Shown piece after piece: positions 40,285-52,894 of a stretch of DNA of 64,000 bases. The notes beneath the pieces were generated by a model. The model ran no database searches and was not told where the DNA came from. It saw only the letters and a list, made by a program, of their open reading frames with translations. Each line of letters opens with the position of its first letter. The stretch's first letter is position 1. A program made the position numbers and the translations under genes. The DNA is from Phoronis australis (Eukaryota; Animalia; Phoronida): positions 684,144 through 748,143 of the forward strand of contig NMRA01000046.1 of assembly GCA_002633005.1 (NCBI GenBank), in the 5' to 3' direction.

Positions 40285-41304
40285 TAACACAAGATACAGA
40301 TGCAGAAGGCACGCCAGACACTGGACATCTGTCCATTTGGTAGCGCCATCTACAGCTCCTAGTAGGTTTAGCATAGAAAAAATGAGCACTGTTTAAGAAC
40401 GACTATTTCGCTAATGTGGGTTCAGATATTCCATGTTTTCAGCAGTTAAAAGCCCGAGTAGCAAGATATCCAACGGGAGCACATTCCCGAAACAGAACTT
40501 GGTTTTAGTTCGGTTTATGTTTTTAATGAACTAATGAGGAATATTTCCCGTAATTTATGATAATTGCACTGTGATCTTTGAATTGTCAAAATGAACGCTC
40601 TGGTATAGTTTCATAATTGGGAGTGGCACGTATAAACAAAAAACACGCTACAAAATAACTGGTTACATGAACTACATATAACCTGGCAGAAAAAGCAAAG
40701 CGGAAAGAAAAGACGTAGCTTTGTTGAAAATAATAAAACAGATCGGTCAGTAAAGATGTACACGGGAAAATAAACATACCCCGCCGGAAACTGCTTTTCA
40801 GTTTGGAGATCATACACAAAGCACCTGAATAAGAGTAATTCGCGAATCTAATCAAATCCACGATCCACATAAAAAAATTCCTAATTATGTCATAAGGATT
40901 AGTACCTTTGCCGCGATATTCCTCAGTTGACTATATTTTGGGCGAAATATGGGAATTTAGATGAAGCATTGTATGGAAACAGGCAGTTATCGTTATTTCA
41001 ACTTGAGCACGTTTCCATCTGAGAAATTTAAACCAGTTTTGAGTTGTCTTCGATCTGTTTATCGCCGAGTTTATTTTTCCGCTCGGAATACTCTCCTGAC
41101 TACGTTCTGTTGCACGTCTATCTATTTGCGGAACGAATCGTTCATATTGCCACTAGATGCAACAGAACATTGTGGTTTTGGGACTCAAAAAAAAAACAAA
41201 AAAAAAAAACGTGCACATATACATTTCATTTTATAACTAATTTTAAAGTGGCGCGCCGCGTGGTTTAAAAGATGTATTGATTTCCGTACTTACACAGCTA
41301 ACTC

Positions 41305-41462
41305 ATATCTGTGAAATAGAGCGATACTGTAAATAACGGTTTGAAGTCTGAGTTTGATATCTGTGAAATAGAGCGATACTGTAAATAACGGTTTGAAGTC
41401 TGAGTTTGATATCTGTGAAATAGAGCGATACTGTAAATAACGGTTTGAAGTCTGAGTTTGAT
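41305..41462. repeat. 52-bp minisatellite, 3 identical copies
   Basis: atatctgtgaaatagagcgatactgtaaataacggtttgaagtctgagtttg x3. Confidence 0.95.
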
Positions 41463-44400
41463 GTTTTAGTGTCTCTCCGTTGTAGGTCTAATTCAGGAGA
41501 AAACTTACCGTATTAATGCTCCTGACTAAAATATAGTTTTGAACCTAGTTATTGATAATTCAAGCCGGGCTGCAAATGTACAAAACGCAACAAAAATGCT
41601 CCCGAAAATATTCTAAAATTGGAGTAACAGGATAATGCTTTTATTAGGAATTAATGTTTTTCTCATTTCACAAATCCCAAAGAAAACAATATTTGCGAGT
41701 TTTGGCACCAAACACAAAGATGCGGCTGTACAGCTTTAGCACAGATATTGGGGGATTTTTCAACAAAGAAGATATGCCAAGGCGGCAAACAACTAAAAGA
41801 ATCGTTTCTCTGTTTTCTGAAGTCGAAATTGTGTTCAATTCGAACTAAGGATGTAACAAATGACTGTAAAGTGCGTCCCCTGTGGAGCAGGTGAAGGCTA
41901 TAAGACAGTTGTGCAGTCTAAAAAACTTCGGTCGACGTTCCTCAGTTACTAGAATCAACTCTGGTATTTTTTCTATCTTCTGTGTCTTGCGAGTCCCGAA
42001 ATACCTGAAGTCAGGGCCAGTTTGGATAACGTTATTTCTGGAATTTTTCACTCCCAATTTTGAGAGGCCCCTTGGCTATTACAGAAGGTCAATAAAATTA
42101 TTTTTGCACCAATAACGCGGTGCGCGCTCCAAAAAAATATCCCTGCACATTACATAGTTTTTTGTGAACATTCTGGGAATACCTTTTCTTCAAACGGTTA
42201 ATAAACTCTTACCAAGGGTGGCTCCCTTACCACACACCAAGAACACTCTTATAACAAACAGTGCCAAGGAGCGAGAACTTCAACAATGGTCAAACTATGT
42301 TAGTGCGGGTGACCGATGTGTGCGACCCACTTTCTGTGTGTTTGGTAAATAACGGCTTGACAATACACCTCAGTGGCTTGCCAATATCTTATGGCCCTGG
42401 GACAGCAAAATATATGTAGAAATAAAACCAAACGTGAAAACAGGTTAGTGGATAGCGGCCCCTGTCGTCCAGTTAACACGGTGCCCTATTTGTCCGTGGT
42501 ACGGGTGCCTGTGTGTGGTTGTGTACTTCAGTTTGATGCTGTTTATAGCGAGAATAATATCCCGGGACGTCCTGTTTATGAGTTGTTGACTAATAAGGAA
42601 CTCCTCTAATATGGTAATTCCTGAAGTGTGGAGATTTATTATTGCGTTCCTCACAATTTCAAATTTTTAATAAGGCACTTGGGTGTTCATTACACGATAA
42701 CATTTGGGACCAAGAAGTTAATTCTCAAGTCAGATTCTCCGTCACAAACTTGAATGCATCGGATGGGCCAAGTGTGCCTTACGAGGAATAACTGAAAGAC
42801 AAAGTCATCGTTTCTACACTTAACTTTCAGAATGGGAAAGAGATTATGAAAGTATATATGCTGTTAATTTTAGCACGAGATTGGATTTGAAATTTAAAAA
42901 ACGGTCCAAAATTCATCGGCAGGACATCATTTTCGACAGTCTTGACCTCAGCTCTAGAGAGCCACGAAGAGCAAACAAACTGAGATTTGCATTTCCCTTG
43001 TTGAGGATTCGCCAATAAAATGGAGATTTCTACTTAAATTTTGAGTAAATTAATGAAAATAGCATTTAGTCATGCTGTATGTCATCAGTGCGTGGATATT
43101 TGCTTGTTTGTTTTGACATGGAATCTCAATGTAGACTCGCGTCAGTCGACCCTGGTTGTCGGCCTTCATAGTCAGTTCAAATATTAGAGGGATACGGCGG
43201 TGCCAATACCAGAACGCAATGTTCATTTATACAGCGGATAGGGATTGGTCTTGCGTGTGTAAACCAAATGCTTAGATACATCAAACTTGTAGTCATCCAA
43301 TCTGGTTTTTAAGGAACTTAACTAAAAACAGTCGGAGTGATAAAGACGAGTACGCGTATACACCATGGAACCTTATAAATGATTTCTGAGGAAACCGGCA
43401 TGAAACAAGCTCTCCCGGGGGGGGGGGTGGTAATCGACTATATATCTGAAGAGGATTTCCACACGTTTAAATATTGGACTCGAAAACGGGATTCATTTGT
43501 AGGAATCTTCCATGGGCTTTGCTTCAGAAGCATCACCCTTTTGTAGCGGAGATTCTTCGATAGATGGTGTTTTAAAACATAAAACCGAAAACAACACGAG
43601 AAAATATGCCACGCTGCTGTCAAAAATAAGAAAACCAAATCGCAACAAATGTTTTCAGAATATCGATACTGGCTTCCTGATACTATTAAACAATTCTTCA
43701 GTAGATTTTGTACTTGGATCTGCACTGATCCTTTCATAGAGTTTCGATTTTCCAAAGTAAACCCATTTCTAAGTGAGGCACCCATTCGTAATGAAATTGT
43801 CCTGAAAAAAATCGCCTTTCTGAGCGTCAAGTCCTGTAAGCTCTTCTATAGGAGAATCCCCAGACAAGGTCTGATTCCTAACCTTTAGGGGACATCGGGT
43901 AAGATGTCTACATTATCCGGGCATGACCTCTTGTCTATTTCTACCAAATGACTGAAAGTTTTTCCGTGTGATGAAAAAGTTGGTCACGTGGTAACCAAGA
44001 GCGCATGTCAATAACTCGAATCTGGGGAACAGAGATCACAGGAGAAAGGAACGGTCATTGCAATGGCTGTGCTATCAGTTCCTACGTTAGTAGTGCTTGC
44101 GATAGAGTCGTTAAACAGAATAGTCGAAACGGTATTGATCACAGAAGACTAATCTTAAGTTGCTCATATAATAAAATTAAGAATAGTTTATGTGGCAGAG
44201 GATTATTGCTCAGCAAGACAACTTACTTACAGATCTCATTGACGAATCATATTGGAAACAATTGCAAAAGTTTGCGATCTTAATTGTTGGTGAAAGTCAT
44301 CAGCGCGCTCAAAGATTCCCATGCTCATGAATGTTTAAGAGTGATCACGGGAAAGAAAAGGGAATTTTAATCTGGAAAAACTATCAAGTCAAATTAATTA

Positions 44401-44606
44401 TATTCCTACAGAAAATGCACCGCACATGCTTCTGTAGATGTGACAAACAGGCCAATGCAACCCGCTGTAAAAGAACTAGGCCTAGTAAGTTGACTGGGTA
44501 CTTAGGCACCTTGGTCATGATACCGGTGCAGTCACGAGGCAAAGGTTTCTAACCCGCCGAGGAAGGGAACTCGGCTGCCACTGTTGCCTACCGAGCTCAC
44601 GAAGCC

Positions 44607-44613
44607 TATAAAT
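44607..44613 (+). promoter_or_regulatory. Candidate TATA box of TARP gene
   Basis: cctTATAAATcgg-type motif ~450 bp upstream of ATG 45054; motif only, no TSS data. Confidence 0.25.
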
Positions 44614-45053
44614 CGGAACAGCGAGATTGATTACACATCGAGAACATCTAAACGAATTACGTGCACGCTCCTACAGAAAGACTATTCAATAAGCCTCGTG
44701 TAGCTGCTGGAAGACAGCGAATTACACGGGTTCCATTGCAGTGGTTCTTCATGGATTTGGTTGCTAACGCGGCATGCTAAACGGCTTATATTTACTGGGA
44801 ATGGTCTCTGCGGCATTGCAAAAGTGGTGAAGAAACCTTAATTACACGGAGAATATTAGTACGGTGTTTAAGCAATGGTTTGCCCGTGTGGCTTACATTA
44901 GGAAAGAAGACAGAGTGTTAAATATTTCATACCCGTCTGGAGATTCAGATTTTCGTTGGCTTTATCAAAGGAATTATTGCTGTGATGTTGATATGTGGTT
45001 CTGGAGTGTGGTACGTCTAGTATTGATCTGATTACAAGTAAAAACACTTTACA

Positions 45054-45261
45054 ATGGGATGCTGTGGTCGTAAGAAGCTGCTAATGTTTAGCACAAGTTT
45101 GTTTATCTCCACGTCGTTTGTGTTCCTGTGTATGGGCATCACCACTGACTACTGGCTGTATGCGCGTGAGAGAATGTCCAAAGAGACGGCTGACAACCAC
45201 ACGTTCACCGAGAGTTACTCGGGCTTATGGCGGACTTGTCAACGCACAGTCATACAGATTG
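45054..45261 (+). CDS. CACNG: TARP exon 1
   Basis: MGCCGRKKLLMFSTSLFISTSFVFLCMGITTDYWLYARE...YSGLWRTCQ; G|gttagt donor. Confidence 0.9.
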
Positions 45262-48200
45262 GTTAGTATAGTTCGTATTATATCTAAAGTGCATGCTGTC
45301 TGAAAACACATCGTTCCTTTATTTTATCCGATAAATCTTTAATTGGAATTCTTAAAACAAGTAACCTCACCATCTTTTCGAGGTGAGGGTTTTGCTGGAC
45401 TCAGGTCTCACTGCATGTAACGTCACTATCTAAATGTGCACGGATTGTGGGATATTTGCTACCATAGAAACGCGCGGTCCTGATTTTCACACAAGACGCA
45501 AAGTGGACTGAAGCCTAAACTGGCAGATACAAGACACAGACACACATTGAAGAAACGCGGCACATATCGAGGCTCAATCACATGAGGAATGCACTGAAAG
45601 GAACCTCGCATAATAAAAAGTTTAATTTTGTTTCAAAAGCATTACTTTCGTATTCACAATGTAAATGTGAAAACTATGAAACACGGAGAGTAACTCTGAT
45701 AAACTGATCATAAACATCCAAACACCACCAACGACCGATAAGAAGTCGCCAAATGACGAAAGGGTTAACCAACCCCACGACAATCATGAGACTACTTTTT
45801 GACTCGCCTTTTCTTGCTAATGCTCTGGCATCTACTGGCTTGCACATTGAGACAATTCTCTATTATCATATGGACTGGTTCGAGAAACCGAGTGTTTGAT
45901 TAACCTTGCTTTATGTGTCCTTTTCAATAAAAATCGTATCATCATGCAAATTCCAAATATCAGTGCTCGAGAGGGATGGACTCTGGACCTGGCTCGGACA
46001 ATCGTGGTCACAAACTTCCTCCAACTGAGACTCTGTCACACCAAGATAGTTCCCAGAACGACCGAGCTCTTCTTACAAACGTCTATAAAACGGGCCAGAA
46101 CAGTTGGGAACGAATAACTCTGAATAACTTTCTAAAACGTGCGCCAAGTGCGAAACCGTTGGTTCCTGCTCGGCTTTTACAGCGCCTTGCCTTTTGTGTG
46201 TTTCAGTCTAGACCTCATTGAAAACTATCTTTATGTGACAGGGTTCTTAGAAGTGTCTAGTACAATAATATTTACATTTTTGTACAATGGCATCATCTGT
46301 ATCTTAAAAGAGTCCATATTGACAAGGTTGAAAATTAAACGCTTAGTGTCGAGGTTGTTGTACTTCGGCCGACACTGGGAATCGCAATCATTTTACGTTG
46401 AGCGCACAACCAACTACAGGAGACAAGAGATCACGGTTCCTTGGAGTATAGCTGATCTAAGAAAGTGTCTACAATTGATATCCTATCGGCTTTATGACAG
46501 AATAATCTATGATGTCCTTTTATTTTTGACACTCGTTCTATAAGGTTCTTGTAGAAAACAATCGCACACATTATCTGGGAAAATGATCTCAATGCAAAAA
46601 GTGATCAGAGGAAGTGTCTGAAATTATTAATGATCGTTTACATTGTCCTTCTAATTTAGTCAGCAGTTTGGCATTAGCCCGATTACAGATATAATCAAGA
46701 ATTCAACGTTCGATAAATTGAATTTTCTTTTGCATTAGAAACCATGGCAACAAATATAAATTTCGTGGTCAAACCACAGTTTGCTAGAAATCAATGAAAC
46801 CCTAAGTGTAGGCAGCCTGTGTGTCCTGACGGCGACATGATGCGTATCTTTTTGAAAAAAATAGTCGTTTGAACAGAATTTCTTGAAATTACTAAAAATT
46901 CCATGCACCAAGACATAAACTAAGCAAAATAAGGAGATTAGACGCAAACACAACAGATACGCCCGCTCATTTCACTATTATCATGCAATAAATCAAATAG
47001 CGCTAAATCTTCTTGTTACAAATTCTAAATTAAAAACATTCAACTGATACATTCCATGCCTACGTTTTCAGAACATTTCTTAAGATATAATTTTACAAGA
47101 AACTATTATAAGTTCGCTCTCTAGCACGAAAATTTTTAAATTGTATAAACCAATAGAATTTATATTTATTTTAATTATAGTTACTTTAAAGTTTCTAGAA
47201 GCAAGTATCAAAGAAAAGGAGGGTTAAACATAAATTTTTGAAATAAATACCAGAAGTATGCTACAATTTTACGCTTTCTTATTGTTTCCAGTTAACCAAG
47301 TACAATAACAGAGAATGTTGTGAAAAGTTTCCCCACTCTGGACTTTCACCTCCATTCCGTTAAAACACTGACCCGACACCTTCAGAAGGGTTTACAAACT
47401 CACTGAATTTCTCATTGCCAGAGACACAGTCAGCTAATTCCGGGCTTCAATAAATGTGTCAACTGTAGACAACAATTAGCCATGACTTAGTTAGTTTGGA
47501 AATAATCCAATAACGAACAACTACTTGTACGTACTAGCAGCTTGGGCTTAATTATTTCAAAATTGCAGACGATCAGTATTTTGTAGTAAATAACGATAAA
47601 ACGGTACAACTTGACGAGTGTTCACTCTCTCCAGAATTGTCGGCTGACGTAAATGACATAGATTGGCAATCAATACATGTGCGCGAACGCATCACGAACC
47701 TATTCAAGGCAGCAGTGTCGGCACAAATAGGCCTTCAGACGTACGCGTTGAACATGAAAACCCAAGAACAGACACAAAATATAAAATTCCTCCCATAACT
47801 TTGGTCAAATACAAATATTTGATTAATTTCTCAGACTTCTCCGCATTTCTTCAGTATTTAAAAGTCAAAAAATGAAAAATGAATCAAGCTCCTTGCGGAC
47901 TCCTAATACTCAAAACACGTCAGAGTTTATTATTGAGGTTGATCAACCCTAAAATTGCGAATTCGAATATTATGCATGTATGCATTGCCTGTGACTTGAG
48001 TCACTGGCTCATTCGACAACAATTCATGATCGGTTATGTGTGGAAATGTTTTTAATCCCAAAGCGCACCAGTTAAGAATTCAATTTTGACAGGTAAGCAA
48101 CGGCGAAATACATCATCGGCGAGAAAAGTAGTTTCCTGAGATCGGCCTCAGCAGTGGATTTTATTGTTTACTAGTTCTACAGGGCGGGCCCCATGATTCC

Positions 48201-51200
48201 CCCATCAATCCGCCTAGGTTCGGAACACGGTTCTTGGTATCCCAGTAGAACACTATGGCAAACTGATTTCACTGTGGATGAATTTGCGTCCAGTATAAAA
48301 CACACGTTTCATTTGATTTTGATATCGTAGTTATGTTTTAGACATTGACTATTTAGAAAACCATATTTTATTGCTTTTGAAAGTCAATTTCTCTAAACAT
48401 AACAATAATTACAGAATCGAAGGTTACCAGATAAAAGGGAAAACAAAAGTTTGTCCAGTCTTACATTTTACAGAATTTTCATAATGGTCTGTCAAAGCAT
48501 AGTGATACACTACAATCTATCTCATCTGGCAAATTAACAGATTTAAAGCTCCACTCACCCCTAAGAGACCAAACCGAACTCACAAACTTCAAACTAGAGT
48601 ACTGAAATAAAACAATAATAATAATAAAATAAAATGAAAAACCGGCGGTGAAGCAATCACTAACGTGAATTCTATTCGGTCCATACGCTCGCCATCTTAA
48701 AGAAACAAAAGGAAGACTTCCATCCCAAAACTTGCAATGACGGTGCTGCATAGCAGCAACAACAGTAATGAAAATTAAAATGTACAGCACATGTTTATTT
48801 TCCAGCAATTTGCCGTCGTAATTTCGGAATTATAGACAACTTTCAGGAGGAATGGTATTGTAATACAATTATTAAAATACAATCACTTGAGCTACTCAAA
48901 TTTGAACTGAAAATCTACCAAGTATACAATGTTTACCAGTTTCTGCGAATGTCGCAAGAACGGGGCTCGTGTGAACATACATTATTTCAGAAAAGTCGGA
49001 GGATGCCTTGAAGTCTCGCTGGAGCTGCAAGTATATTAAGTACATCAACTGGACGGACGATAAGTCAGACCTGACGAAGAAAGACTCAATCCTGTGTACG
49101 TAACACTTGTTTTCTTTTTAAGATTCTATTGAGTTCACTTTTCTCGCACTCATCGTCTAGTACAAAAAACACGATAGGAATCTTTGGGTGTTAAACGCCT
49201 TCTTTTCACTTGTAAGTACATAGGTTTATTATGTGTGTCCCGAACACAAGAAGTTTGTTTCCATAAGCCTAACTTCACATTTAATAACCGCGCACGCCGC
49301 AGACACTATCCTTTTCACCACTGGTTCGTGCGCCTTTTGTTTCGTTCTGGTCAAAATCAAAAGGGCAGGCATTTAGCCAGCATGAGACAACTCTTACGCT
49401 AACATTTGATGTTTTGTTACTCCAACGTCAAAGCGAGTCTAAGCCAGACTGTGACTAACCTGTCCTAATCGATTCAAAAATTAATTTTTATGTTGGGCCG
49501 CGTTCTGACGAAAAATTATTAGGTAATTTCTCTTATAATGCATCAACTATTTACTTTTCAATTTAAAAACAGTTATGCTGGTCATTTGCCTAACTTATTG
49601 TTCATTTTTTTACTTTGAAACTCTTAACCTAAACAGGCGTGTTGATTTACGACCGCAATTATCTCATCCAGCACCTTCAGCCAATATGAAGCATCAAATG
49701 GTTCGTAAACGTATACCTTTGTGCGCGTAGAAATGTGCAAAAACAGCGCGTAGCTTTGCTTAATCGACGCGTGCTTTTGCTTAAGCAACGCGTACTTATA
49801 GTTCTTTAACGGTCATAGTTCTGCTCTTATTCAACGCGTACTTTTGTTTAATCAACGCGTAGTTTAGACTTAACGCGCTGAATTAATTATTCGTTATGTC
49901 AAAACAAACACAAGTTTACATTCAGTATGTAACGACGCCACATGGGCGGCGGAGTACTGAAAAAAGTAGGGGGCTATAGCCACCAAGCCCCCTTGTAGTG
50001 CACCGCCCGTAGACCGTGGGCGGCGAAGCACTGAAGTTGGGGGGAGGGCTATAGTCCCCCCCAGCCCCCTACGGTGCGCCGCATGGCTATCGTTTACGTG
50101 ATCACTTGATAAGAGCCTGTAACATTCTTCAAAAGTTGTCTTACTCACATGTTAAAAGTCTTCCTCTATTTTGAGATTTGAGAGCATCGACGTCATTGGT
50201 CTACATGACCTGATTAAAAGTACGCGATGATTAAGCAAAAGCTCGCGTTGAATAAGAGCAGAACTATGATCGTTAAAGGACTATAAGTACGCATTGATAA
50301 AGCAAAACTACGCGTTGATTACGCACATTTCATCGCTCAGAAATGTATTCGTTTAACCCTTTGGCACTTCATGAGACAACCCCATAAATAACGACTTGCT
50401 CACTTCAATCCGTGACGGCGCCATCAAGACTTCGATGTGCCGAGGACTTCGCTGAATACTCTGGGGGTAAACAGTGCACACTTTCTCGTCCACCTGCGAG
50501 CAAATCCTGTTAGCGTAAGATTTGCCTAATGAGAGAACCTATTTTCAAGGGCATCAGACATCCGTGTGAGGCAATTCGCAAGTGCGATCTAGACAAGTAG
50601 ACCTCAACAATTTTGTTTGTAATTGTTTAAAAACGTATCGAAAGAGATAACACTTTGTTTTTTTTAAACTTCTTACTCATGAAAATCTACTAAACAGTTA
50701 CCACTGATTCATCCAGAACTTTGTATAACTACGCGTAATGGATTAACACCTGTCGGAAGTCATGCACGGTTTTATGCCTCAGGAACCTAATGGGAGATTT
50801 AAGATCTTCCACCCAAAGAGCGTTCTTTTCTGATGAATACAACATCTTCTTTCTTGAGCAGCAGTTTTTCTCATGACGGATCAGAACCATTTCTTTCCTG
50901 AAAAGTATTTTTTTCCAGTTAACTGCAGTATTCGGGAACTTTTGGTGAGTTGCAATAAATGCCAAGGTGGGGACTAATGTTTCCAGACACAGAATTGTAG
51001 TTCGTGAGGAAAGCGTTGCAGTGCATAAATTGCATTGCAGTTCTAAGAAAAAGAATTTTGTCCACAAGAATAGGACGTGTGTACAGTTGGAGGGAGATGG
51101 CTGGCTGTCTTGAAAATGCACACCAATAATACAGATAAGACATCATTGTATGGTACGACTCCTTGTTTTCTCATTACAGATGATATGCGACGCTCTTCAG

Positions 51201-52334
51201 TCTTTCCATTGGTTAGTCTCTTGTTCATGATCGTCGGTGGAATCATGTGCTTTGCTGGAAATTGCAACAATACACGAAAGGTTCTAACTTTTTTAGGCGG
51301 AGTCTTGTTTATTTTAGCAGGTAAGCCTTTAGTTCCTTAATCATCCCAGCGAGACAGAAGTGTTACAAAAGTGCTTACTTGACAAATGGAGGCAATTCAC
51401 ATAAAAATATTGTAGGTGTTTCTTTTAACAGTTTTTAATAATCTTATAAAAAGTCCACGGAATACCGTTGGGTCTCTCATGTTAAACATCGCCTAAAGTA
51501 AAATATTCGCTGCCTAACTATTGCCAGGGCGTAGCAGGAGATCTTCTACAAGAACGCATGTTTTGATCTCAGTGAAGACAGCTCCAAACTTGTCTTCATC
51601 TGCGTGACATGGGCGTGCAGCTGTGACTAAATAGGCCACACGTGGTATCCATTTGACCATGCCATTGCCAGAACCCATCGTAGATTCACAAGTAACGTCT
51701 GAATTGTCTAGAGCGCACATGCGTATTTCCCTATAAGCCACGCCCTTGCTACCGCCACTGTGACAGGTCGTCATTACAGGCGCTTCGCAGGACTAACAAG
51801 ATGTTCATGTTTCACCTTGATTGATTTTTCTTTGCAGGCCTTACTACGTTGATTGGATTGATCCTTTTCATTGGTGTAGTGACGGACGCGACAACTGGTA
51901 ACAAAAAGGACCTGTCGCTAGAAAATCCGCGCTTCGTCTATAGCTACGGCTCTTCCTTTATTATGATTTCTGCGGCCTTTGGACTTATGGAACTATCGGG
52001 GGTTGTGTCGATATACCTCTACATAAGTCGACACAAAGCAGCATACAGGAAAAAGCAGGAAAGACGACGCCTGACTCAAACAAGTAGCAGACGTGAAAAC
52101 GGCGGCCAGCTGGCAGATATGCCGATACAAAATGATCAAAATTTATCACCGTCATACGAGTGCTATTATACTTACAGTCCAGTAGAGACAGAAATTTCAA
52201 ACTATGCATTGGTGAAAGAAGTATCCCCCAATAGAACAGCAACAGCTGACACATGCGCGACACAGTCCAATACCACGTTGTTACGGGAACCATTTTCACA
52301 TTCAGCCACTTCTAGGAGAACTACTCCTGTATAA
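45054..52334 (+). CDS. CACNG: Transmembrane AMPA receptor regulatory protein (TARP/stargazin, voltage-dependent calcium channel gamma subunit family); 4 exons, 316 aa
   Basis: Exons 45054-45261, 48991-49095, 51180-51320, 51838-52334 join in frame via phase-1 GT-AG introns (951 nt). Motifs TTDYWLY, SGLWRTC, RRSSVFP, GGVLFILAGL, YSYGSSF, MELSGVVSIYLY and terminal RRTTPV, as in stargazin. Confidence 0.95.
48991..49095 (+). CDS. CACNG: TARP exon 2
   Basis: tatttcag acceptor; KSEDALKSRWSCKYIKYINWTDDKSDLTKKDSIL; T|gtacgt donor; 105 nt keeps phase. Confidence 0.82.
49685..50373. mobile_element. Foldback MITE with ~170-bp imperfect inverted arms and internal acgcgt repeats
   Basis: tatgaagcatcaaatgg...ttatagttctttaacggtcatagttctgctcttattcaacgcg mirrored by cgcgttgaataagagcagaactatgatcgttaaaggactataag...ttggcacttcat. 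Confidence 0.75.
49941..50085. mobile_element. Two tandem tiny MITEs (CATGGGCGGCG family) nested in a larger foldback element
   Basis: Reverse-orientation copies of the 25858/27627 element at ~49941-50010 and ~50015-50085. Confidence 0.65.
51180..51320 (+). CDS. CACNG: TARP exon 3
   Basis: ttttctcattacag acceptor; DMRRSSVFPLVSLLFMIVGGIMCFAGNCNNTRKVLTFLGGVLFILAG; CAG|gtaagc donor. Confidence 0.92.
51838..52334 (+). CDS. CACNG: TARP exon 4
   Basis: tttttctttgcag acceptor; LTTLIGLILFIG...YSYGSSF...SRRTTPV*. Confidence 0.93.
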
Positions 52335-52894
52335 CGTCTGATTAGTGGCCAGAGATAGTCCTGCCGAGTCGTATAGTGGTCCAGTGTATTTGTACTCATT
52401 GGATTAGAATCACCATGATTCCCACTCACATTGAAGTCTCATCTTCCGTGGGTTTCCAGGATATACGTTTCCTGGGTTATTTTCCCATAAAAAGTAGACA
52501 ATGATCATTTTTGGTGCTGAGTGTTTCAAAACATAACTGAATACATGAACTCTGGTGATGCTTTGCAAAATGAGGATTTTTTTACTTAATGTCTAATTTT
52601 GCACAAGTTCTACTGAGTTTTTACCCCTCCTCATTGTCCATGTTTTCTGTACTAAATGAATGGGAACCATGGTTCATTGTTGGGTAGATATTAGATCATA
52701 AACTGATGTTTTTGATGTTGATTTTATACAAAAAGCTTACCATTAAACTTGAATTGTGATACTTACAAAGTATTTTAAAAATTATTGGAACATTTTAATG
52801 TCATCCTTTGATGCCATCAAGCATTCAACCACTCCAATTTGATAAACAATGAAAACACAGCTTCTGTTTTGAAAACACAAATTTCATAAATAAT

